In this document: one piece after another, positions 38,301 through 42,059 of the stretch
How positions within the stretch are numbered: the stretch's first letter is position 1
Layout: every line of letters begins with the position of its first letter
Source of the DNA: a virus
Taxonomy: Duplodnaviria > Caudoviricetes
Strand: one strand, 5' to 3'
IMG/VR virus record: IMGVR_UViG_3300030376_000797
Coordinates: 1 to 42,059 of that record
Length of the DNA stretch: 42,059 nucleotides
The notes under the pieces: generated by a model
What the model was told of the DNA's origin: nothing
The model's input: the letters and a program-made list of their open reading frames with translations, nothing else
Database searches by the model: none
Position numbers and translations under genes: made by a program

Positions 38301-38483
38301 TACACAATGTTACCGTTTGGTAGAATCATTAAGGATGTTGTTGGTCCGGGTGGATATATAGACAATCCATTCTATGCTGTTGAAAAATTTACTGGTGTAC
38401 CTTACATCGGTTTAGGAGATTATTTACAAGATGTTAAGAAAGGAAAGAATGTAGGAAAAGGGTTGTTCTCTGATTTATATTAG
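29343..38483 (+). CDS. Giant ejected polyvalent protein: putative virion two-barrel RNA polymerase with inserted GNAT domain
   Basis: FDG (D at aa 815), K842, K858, SAIK (884-887), Q1078, RVP (1332), GADLDGD (DLDGD at aa 1371-1375, nt 33453-33467). GNAT motifs QRQGYG (942-947) and FWKKQGF. Confidence 0.8.
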   Translation: MAQEGLFEPKATKEQTRASVTKYRLRPELWDGNEKEIENLKRHAEHHRIPFSRSDQHQDSFLSGVLKNYGRGVMEGYTANIAQFDDQPDTISEKVARQLGSLSGFLGKLPGGKFSKTIRAINAVTAGRSLPLAGANAVTKFVSKTGKPIIRDMPNVRKLFQEENLAGDVLKGAFHLGTASAISDWRGVVDEGMPRLIDAFKQGGIWGGGFRAIGNMKGFGKRLQPHQVDSATMMPIMSKLEPGQKFDAILKAGTMGAIQGGYATSLDLPLEEQVYEYVMGAYFGFNETPLQLRISKKAIAETISKKYEDPTGLPDPEMHPKWDTWTNEAQKYIKRDFKEFFGEKEDVRRATYNLYKRSLANGEVNERDIIEEMESMVAKNLEGTEFAPDGKVIKPISKGDLKRVQDIIKDNPNKEEYQDLDMHINEISKLPGKISGQGGFVDRYVMPNIEGGNTADRLVESIKINKQWDSLHQVVNGVSMPRKGAVDAMYDYLKKEYKRTDLSQPEMDWWRNWAEQTRKKKLVLQTYFADGKVAYVDKGVNILGNKKELVFEPPLMEQVYQQLGGEGNFYAISDHFVRKGKEYKLNDVNRLQADLMREKGGKKKKAENIIKQIKTKMLMEMDKEGYHYVGGRGDKKAMYFVKKNPQVRGSVQENMLQIKKAFVDAGMDAERFDNLRNYSKRQFWAKNRMLRQDYFDEAFISNIHYDVYNNFGANVKDFNKALVQMLSKPGYVSDSKAYNKRAQIWFNTGMTTNDRVAREYLKKYAKRYKENIDVLDFFGSDGNLRARGQFWNDDVKNSKSKKVLRKNSERPESFDGGIPALPEFIYALNKANGITNEGAVNKSFIVAPNGRHGALLGKYMFFEATPDMAASMRKDGIHFIAPKSAIKQFGTRRYGDVVEAGIKDNYNKQDFENEVNAMGLKHKRHPSDPDRIGEVFIPADLQRQGYGTRFLKAFERYRANEGATQVKINAIGGRKDLGSFDLDNVNFWKKQGFKVDTKELEKMKKAGIDIQKIKTSFNPKAIGKTVGVVPMVKSIKSRDQNRMRFGGPTYDVRLDNIRTVLSEVTGNRDMDGAKFAKQLWSTITHFGVNPTNPKLVKIMSDELIRNSVEGDENLNAQWDEHIKAPNKVSEAKVLDNIDEISLNRLMNAVVDKDNEGFASKIYDSILKKSNEIEAQKAEDSETNRDDYFSAAGEISEFDTIVDRMGELYPDGNLGFYMHKMAKNYRQQAVKNYIVDRISRPKLKNGMKSRMRPWDHSMWSHKKFNIFDDPDGKGQEVFFLDDGAKQKKIYDPFFDKGYETLGNIWKQRKLGDKGIYKDNLDYIDDILEAVNMRVPMDSQSGAHVLKFAGFTGTKGHGVLLHGRVMDALGGADLDGDKAFIFFGGKKGMHKEWKDIWKGQRDEFIDKDGNEMAAKSDLARAMFVKSDKIVEDFGQSRFSKYDPYWRGFMSEAAGDGRDTLGGAVTTRQSLASAYDAMRFSNTADVQGKVVYINGQYLPSILRKGSYYYPVDITKNKRIIYMKQTPKQRGAVERFKELARAAINLGADPMDESGIVSPDVIKDILTDTLFKFEYVTGKKVGNKKNKKWIFGDSFGYYKGKNNDKARELARVDKVKGFHSIYGRLNNTLYGRNFQTGRKYSYGEIQSSVQDIDWLPNSAKQNLVGYIAKEYRNIPYEDNVFRRLDRNALDDLYNSNRRDFADNPDLLALFERTSMMTRRGPLIDNILNHEIYDADARLALAHNKKKFWDLFSRKWHPQFDEQVKGDKRYKMGNVPAHLWYKFVKNREATSVNDRLQYLEYKLNQAEDYITNDLSDMSSIRHILNIKKQYKISDTQFKKVNAMVNELKMNSYYVKKANKELREDVRELGQKFKGDFDSERFLKMIGFRKKSGAGMDQQAVDRQILFDKKQLKLQGLQNLYDSLLLGTFQKTNLDLIKKYENQKKPLTPSERSLLQVLRKHGQNTALLRIGFQSKSVKDGSVKKHLNEYNKLYKQVAQPSAEEMKQIKDIGDGNESQRPPSYNDELGKMSEGKIIEASDLSEADRIYMDMIEPFKGLKKGNVKDKELYRTMLSIENHMKHYHNMDTRAFNGFFRSLFQKNINMATKFDLQNFDRILTDMRKGSTWVRFTNWVTGKNKEPLPDLEKRYWSRFPEANNKEWLKYPGMMKWEKDIAPFKDRFNNSIMGEVVRPTTIMGDLQNFSAKISEFSLQTSEEETNKLREELAPLIQSHADGPDLWKIAIPLRERAMVSLISEIEGGGSKMSHRQMHYIRNYEAVQPMLRKLKDKQYVIPTKDGAVKMSGMDVINKINEIITNKNKYMANFINGDADYVKQFTKVAYNKQGQLTWSGVDLVAKKWMRYSKEKFRKGEKYDISKFGINGIMEISKLIQIKYTTPKRFRTKRLLKELSGQLGLGMQRTELWDPEAYFPHVAFDRTEVNKQLSRGLDAIFADKKKTKERKYKEAKKLIYQSHTMTGDWAPKSISEENFDVMQETYSKLSQEVDKKKPRAILPNTFKKAFSQNQRESHLGGWSRELEAYEANMKNTIDTFYKESMLSLSRMHIQEFHSKFLKQSKDKKLAARWGNFLKLFTQSSMGYPIDIPEAIQNDPKMKIKGTPYQWFADNNARKRIESIKEKLGISHKSLKKYGIKRSDVEGLQGMTQNQLQYWSGLEAKWQMASLLAHPKSAITNLFGGTIHTGIGAGVQNLAKARDIDYLRTNINPNWRSMRDVEKWVESLGIVEEFLMYEAGLNKEIRGKRMDSFLKAAMSKLRRNPNLSDTSLADLAKEYKVTDTMWNKASWFMRRPERTLRRDAFMSHYIKARENFKGAIRDYDHPFLIEMGRKGVQATQFLYSAPFRPMWTNSALGRVMSRFQLWSWNSVRFRKDILSEVGQMGYQPGTPEFERAKRLITADAMIYSLSSMFMYSLFDNALPAPWNWFQDTADAMFGDEEDRERAFFGHPAGPLSIIKPPVFRFDKPMWDGLVHGNWDKMTDYYLYTMLPFGRIIKDVVGPGGYIDNPFYAVEKFTGVPYIGLGDYLQDVKKGKNVGKGLFSDLY

Positions 38484-38525
38484 AAAGTTCGCACCCTGCT
38501 CTCTATCCTGTTTTTAAAATATAAC

Positions 38526-38562
38526 GCTTAAGGGGGACCCATCGAAAAATCCCCCATTAAGC
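38526..38562. terminator. Stem-loop between convergent late and early operons
   Basis: GCTTAA-GGGGGA-N12-TCCCCC-A-TTAAGC in the 89-bp convergent gap. Confidence 0.6.
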
Positions 38563-38572
38563 TTAGACCGGA

Positions 38573-38794
38573 CTATGGCAAATTAGTACGTGTTATCGGC
38601 AACACTACGGTCTCAAAATATTTGCATCCATCAGGATTACATTCTTTGCCTTGCATTTTAGAATCTATTCTAAGGTATATACTACCATCATTTGTGCATT
38701 TTATCATACATCCCATACACCTACCTACATCATAGTTAGCACAAAATAACTGAGCTGGTCTATTGTTTTTCATCTTTATACTCCATACCAACAT
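38573..38794 (-). CDS. Small Cys-rich protein (likely start ATG at 38773)
   Basis: CANY...CMGC...CNPDGCKYF. A GGAG SD precedes the MKNN start. Confidence 0.6.
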   Translation of the reverse strand: MLVWSIKMKNNRPAQLFCANYDVGRCMGCMIKCTNDGSIYLRIDSKMQGKECNPDGCKYFETVVLPITRTNLP

Positions 38795-38957
38795 TAATCT
38801 TGATACTTGGTTGAGATAAAGTTTGTTTACTTTTTTTAACCTTAATTTGATTAGCGTGGTAATTAGCCCATAGTTTTAACGCCGCACGTTTACGCTCCGA
38901 CATATCAGTTACTAACTTTGCATCTTGCCCTTTGTAGGGTCTTTGTTTTCTTTTCAT
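38760..38957 (-). CDS. Small basic hypothetical protein
   Basis: TAGGAG SD 5 nt before ATG; 65 aa. Confidence 0.65.
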   Translation of the reverse strand: MKRKQRPYKGQDAKLVTDMSERKRAALKLWANYHANQIKVKKSKQTLSQPSIKINVGMEYKDEKQ

Positions 38958-38976
38958 TATAACTCCTACATTTAAA

Positions 38977-39075
38977 ACAAGGTCCCCTCCTACTATCTAC
39001 TATACGTTGAGAGATAAGACACTGCCGTGTAAAGAACTTCGTTGTATAGTGTCATACTTCGGTCAGGGACCTTGC
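38977..39075 (-). ncRNA. Candidate structured RNA B (three-way junction)
   Basis: Perfect 9-bp closing stem (38978-38986/39066-39074) extended by G.U on the minus strand. Inner stems at 39018-39023/39048-39053 and 38994-38998/39012-39016. Confidence 0.55.
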
Positions 39076-39082
39076 TAAGTTT

Positions 39083-39225
39083 ATTAGGGAAAGTGGTGCC
39101 AACCAAGAATTAAACAACTTTTATCTGTCATCCAGTTTCTAACTCTTAAGGAAATCTAAGCATTATGCTATCGTTGACTTCGAGAAGAGCAACTACTCAC
39201 CTGAGTAGATTTAACTTTCCCTAAT
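39083..39225 (-). ncRNA. Candidate structured RNA A (multi-branch, possible pseudoknot)
   Basis: Perfect 12-bp closing stem (39083-39094/39214-39225), hairpin 39193-39208, and a 10-bp helix 39105-39114/39138-39147 with two minus-strand G.U pairs. Confidence 0.6.
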
Positions 39226-39227
39226 TA

Positions 39228-39665
39228 TTAATCGCAATTAGAACCGGGTATACATTTAGTAAACTCCCCAGTTCTTTGCAAATTCTGTTCGTCTTCTTTA
39301 TTCCAATTACAATTTTCTTTCATACTTTTCATCAAATCGTTGACTTTGTGTCCATATTGTATTTGATTTTCTTCAAAGGCTTGAGAACTTAATAAAGACA
39401 TACCTTTAAATATGATTGCAAGTTCATCAGGTTGTACTGTTTTCTTGTTGTTTCTCCTGTCTGCCTTTTCTTTATCATACTGTTCAAGTAATACTGCGGC
39501 TAGATAAACTACTAAATCAATCATTTCTTCTGTTGATTCTTTTAAGTTATCTCTGCCACCCTCTCCGTTTAGAGGTATATCTTGTCCATATTTCTTTTGT
39601 CCTAATTTTAGTCTATCTTTAACAAGATTTAATACTCTATCATTAGTGTTCATTTTCATTACCAT
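39228..39665 (-). CDS. All-alpha NTP pyrophosphohydrolase-like protein
   Basis: GQKKYG...LKESTEEMIDLVVYL (ExxEExxD pattern). Confidence 0.55.
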   Translation of the reverse strand: MVMKMNTNDRVLNLVKDRLKLGQKKYGQDIPLNGEGGRDNLKESTEEMIDLVVYLAAVLLEQYDKEKADRRNNKKTVQPDELAIIFKGMSLLSSQAFEENQIQYGHKVNDLMKSMKENCNWNKEDEQNLQRTGEFTKCIPGSNCD

Positions 39666-40093
39666 CTGCCTCCTTTGGCAAGTTTTCTCATTACATATTT
39701 ATTTAGTTCGTCTGGTAATCCACCTACTAATTGCATTAACAATATAAAGTCTTGCTCATCTAACGGTCCCTTTCTTGTATTACAAGTCTTACATATTAAT
39801 TGTAAGTTTTCTTTTGTGCTCGGTCCGTTTTTAGCAAGGGGTATGATATGGTCACAGGCTATATTTCTATAGTCTAATCTCTTATCACAGTAACAACATC
39901 CTTTTCCGTATATATCATAAAACATTTTTCTTATATCTGTTTTATCTATAGTGCATTTTACGTTCGCTTCTATACTCCTTCTTTTTAGAGAAGACATTAG
40001 CGTAGACATTTTTGAAGATAACTTTTTATAAGCTTTGTTCCAGAATGTCTTATGTATAGGATATAGTTTTTCTTTAAATTGTTCTTTTTTCAT
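39659..40093 (-). CDS. HNH endonuclease
   Basis: CCYC...DHIIPLAKNG...NLQLICKTCNTRKG. Confidence 0.92.
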   Translation of the reverse strand: MKKEQFKEKLYPIHKTFWNKAYKKLSSKMSTLMSSLKRRSIEANVKCTIDKTDIRKMFYDIYGKGCCYCDKRLDYRNIACDHIIPLAKNGPSTKENLQLICKTCNTRKGPLDEQDFILLMQLVGGLPDELNKYVMRKLAKGGRW

Positions 40094-40101
40094 AATGCTG
40101 T

Positions 40102-40127
40102 AGGGGGATAGGATTAACTACCCCCCT
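40102..40127 (-). promoter_or_regulatory. GC-rich stem-loop just upstream of the HNH start codon
   Basis: Minus strand AGGGGGGTAG-TTAATC-CTATCCCCCT, 10 bp with one G.U and no U tract. Confidence 0.55.
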
Positions 40128-40135
40128 TTAGTTTG

Positions 40136-40345
40136 TTACGCTAGAGTATACTCTGCGTATTTGTTACCAGTATGTGACTCAATCTTGTTGGTCTTTACTT
40201 TGTGACCATCTTTTCTTAAGTCGCATATTACAGCCGCTAACCTAAAACATCCACACGAATTTAAAGCTAACATTGGATTAACTTTAACTCCGTCTTGTAA
40301 CATTTTTAGTATCATTGACTTTTGGGATTGTTTCTGTCTTGGCAT
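40136..40345 (-). CDS. Winged helix-turn-helix protein
   Basis: SQKSMILKMLQDG...RLAAVICDLRKDGHKVKT...YAEYTL; AAGGAG SD. Confidence 0.8.
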   Translation of the reverse strand: MPRQKQSQKSMILKMLQDGVKVNPMLALNSCGCFRLAAVICDLRKDGHKVKTNKIESHTGNKYAEYTLA

Positions 40346-40539
40346 ATGTTCTCCTTTGCCTTTACAAAATGAATGTGTAAACCGAACTTCCAGATGCTAA
40401 TAGATATGTCAACATTAGTAGAATTTTGAGTCATAGTTATGAACCCTAATCGCATTATATTGCATAGAGTTACATAAAGACCCTTATTGTACTTATTACT
40501 AATGATATGTCCTCTAAAAAGACTATTTAACATACGCAT
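40312..40539 (-). CDS. Hypothetical protein
   Basis: TAATG coupling with the upstream gene; 75 aa, beta-rich. Confidence 0.55.
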   Translation of the reverse strand: MRMLNSLFRGHIISNKYNKGLYVTLCNIMRLGFITMTQNSTNVDISISIWKFGLHIHFVKAKENICQDRNNPKSQ

Positions 40540-41072
40540 TAACTTCTCCTTACTCGTTTTACTTTCTCAGCATAAAAGCCGGGAATAGTTTCACCTTGGT
40601 TAAGGACCTTTCTAGCCGCTTTCTTATCAATCTTCTCTACGTGTTCCCACGTTTTGTAGACATCAGGTATAGCATCTTTATCTACTATAGCTACTGGTCC
40701 AAGAGTTTCGTACAACTTATATCTTGCAGTATCGGATTCATATACTCCGTTTTCGTCACCAAGTTCTGATACAACCATAGGCAAGAGTGATTTATTAAAG
40801 TAGTCTTTTAAACTTTCTACTGCTTTCTTCCTCACTCTTAATCTAGTTTGTTCTTGCTTGATAGCTTCTATTTCTGCATCAATAAGATGTTCTTTTCTAG
40901 ATAGTTCAACCATAAAATAGTCTATACCATCTACTTTCTTTCTTATTTTACCTTGTATAGTCTGCATTTGACCTTCTAATATTAACTGCTCTTCGTTATC
41001 TGTTTCCATTTGCAAGTTAATATCAGTGTCTATATACTCTCCTATTAGGTCTCGTGTTGTTTTCTTTTCCAT
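40539..41072 (-). CDS. Siphovirus Gp157-like coiled-coil protein (start corrected to 41072)
   Basis: KVDGIDYF...EIEAIKQEQTRLRVRKK...IPDVYK...IDKKAARKVLNQGETIPG. The ATG at 41072 is coupled to the upstream stop. Confidence 0.8.
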   Translation of the reverse strand: MEKKTTRDLIGEYIDTDINLQMETDNEEQLILEGQMQTIQGKIRKKVDGIDYFMVELSRKEHLIDAEIEAIKQEQTRLRVRKKAVESLKDYFNKSLLPMVVSELGDENGVYESDTARYKLYETLGPVAIVDKDAIPDVYKTWEHVEKIDKKAARKVLNQGETIPGFYAEKVKRVRRS

Positions 41073-41224
41073 TACCTTCGTCCTTCTTTCTCTATATGGA
41101 CTGCTTGTTGTATGTACCATTCTATTTGCTTTTTAACAGAGCGTTTTTCTTTTTCTGCTATTGTTTGCAGAACTGCTTTTTCTTCTGCTGTTATTTCAGC
41201 TTTTACAATGTGTAGTTTCTTCAT
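41072..41224 (-). CDS. Ribbon-helix-helix DNA-binding protein (50 aa, not in ORF track)
   Basis: Sequence MKKLHIVKAEITAEEKAVLQTIAEKEKRSVKKQIEWYIQQAVHIEKEGRR. AAGGAG SD; TAATG overlaps at both ends. Confidence 0.75.
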   Translation of the reverse strand: MKKLHIVKAEITAEEKAVLQTIAEKEKRSVKKQIEWYIQQAVHIEKEGRR

Positions 41225-42059
41225 TATACTCTCCTTGGTAGTCTAAAGGATGGAGTCCAGTTTAAATCAACTGTAAAAAGGTCACCATCGCTGTTTTTAA
41301 ATAGTTCTACAGTCTTTTCTGAACTATCTTGTTTTCCATTGATACCAATTACCTTACGTGATGCGTTTTCTATTGCACCACTACCTTTACCTGCGTAAAT
41401 GTCCAGTATTTGATTTCTGCTGTATTCTCTTGACACCTGAGAGACTTGTATTATGATAATATCCATATTAACAGCTAAGTTTGATAGATAGTGAGATATA
41501 TATTTGATTTGTTCGTACTCGCCTCTTATGTGCGGCGGAGTCTCTACTAAATCTATATAATCTACTACTACTAACTTAGGTTGTAGGTCCCTAACTTGTT
41601 TTTGAATTAAGTCAGGTGATGGACTAATAGTTTGCATAACTACGTGTTCTAGTAAATGACCATACATCTTACCGACATTCTTACTGTCTTTAGATACATC
41701 TTCTTTACTCATACCACTAGCTATTTGCAAGTTTCTTCTATGCATATACCAGCCACTTAATTCTAATGATAGAAACAGTGTTGGTAACTGCCATTCCTTG
41801 TTAATAACGTTATTTTCAAAATCGTAACCTAACGCTATGTTCTGAGCTAATGTTGTTTTATTAGCACCAGTAGGACCAAAGATAGTAACTAACTCACCCG
41901 GATATACTGTACAATCCTTGTCTTCTAGACCAAACATCTTACTAAGGTCTATAGCTCTTCCAGAAAAGTCTGTTTCTAATCTTTCTTGTAACTCGCTTTG
42001 CAAACTACTACTAGTTTTTACATCAACTAAGTAGTCTTTATTTTTATAATATACACACT
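41224..42059 (-). CDS. DnaB-like (SF4) helicase domain, probably the C-terminus of a primase-helicase; 5' end truncated
   Basis: PGELVTIFGPTGANKT, SLE, VVVDYIDL, SQVSRE and GSGAIEN motifs. The frame stays open to the window edge (CVYYKNKDYL...). Confidence 0.88.
   Translation of the reverse strand, partial: CVYYKNKDYLVDVKTSSSLQSELQERLETDFSGRAIDLSKMFGLEDKDCTVYPGELVTIFGPTGANKTTLAQNIALGYDFENNVINKEWQLPTLFLSLELSGWYMHRRNLQIASGMSKEDVSKDSKNVGKMYGHLLEHVVMQTISPSPDLIQKQVRDLQPKLVVVDYIDLVETPPHIRGEYEQIKYISHYLSNLAVNMDIIIIQVSQVSREYSRNQILDIYAGKGSGAIENASRKVIGINGKQDSSEKTVELFKNSDGDLFTVDLNWTPSFRLPRRV

Noticed and set aside
38977-39225. Assignment of the structured RNAs to tRNA, hammerhead, twister or SAM-I
   Set aside because: Only fragments resemble these families (CUGACCGA, GAGGG, GGUGCCAA). 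The full cores and a tRNA T-loop are absent, so the elements are left unassigned.
41073-41120. Upstream start of the Gp157-like ORF at 41120
   Set aside because: It overlaps the RHH ORF, and the TAATG-coupled ATG at 41072 is the better start.
1-42059. Stop-codon reassignment as seen in some crAss-like phages
   Set aside because: The standard code gives dense, full-length ORFs, and TAA, TAG and TGA all end genes at tight junctions.

Overview
This 42 kb window is most of an AT-rich, podovirus-type tailed phage genome. A rightward late operon (about 685-38483) encodes, in order: a PD-(D/E)XK nuclease, terminase, P22-like portal, scaffold, major capsid, adaptors, two paralogous tail fibres, a collagen-like fibre, a lysis cassette (GH108 endolysin), a metallophosphoesterase, a tail nozzle, and four ejected (internal virion) proteins. 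Leftward early/replication genes occupy both ends: a truncated ORF at 1-397 and a block at 38573-42059 (DnaB-like helicase, RHH, Gp157-like, HTH, HNH, NTP-pyrophosphatase-like). The standout is the 3046-aa last ejection protein. It carries the ordered motif set of a single-chain two-barrel RNA polymerase (DG, K..K, SAIK, Q, RxP, GADLDGD), so it is a likely virion-packaged RNAP of the crAss gp66/QDE-1 type. A GNAT acetyltransferase domain appears to be inserted inside its catalytic core. Other points of interest are two tandem structured-RNA candidates (38977-39225), a GC-rich hairpin-dense region upstream of the first early gene, codon-level avoidance of GATC/CATG/CCWGG/GCWGC, and apparently split tail genes. 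All family calls come from motif recognition by eye; no searches were run.
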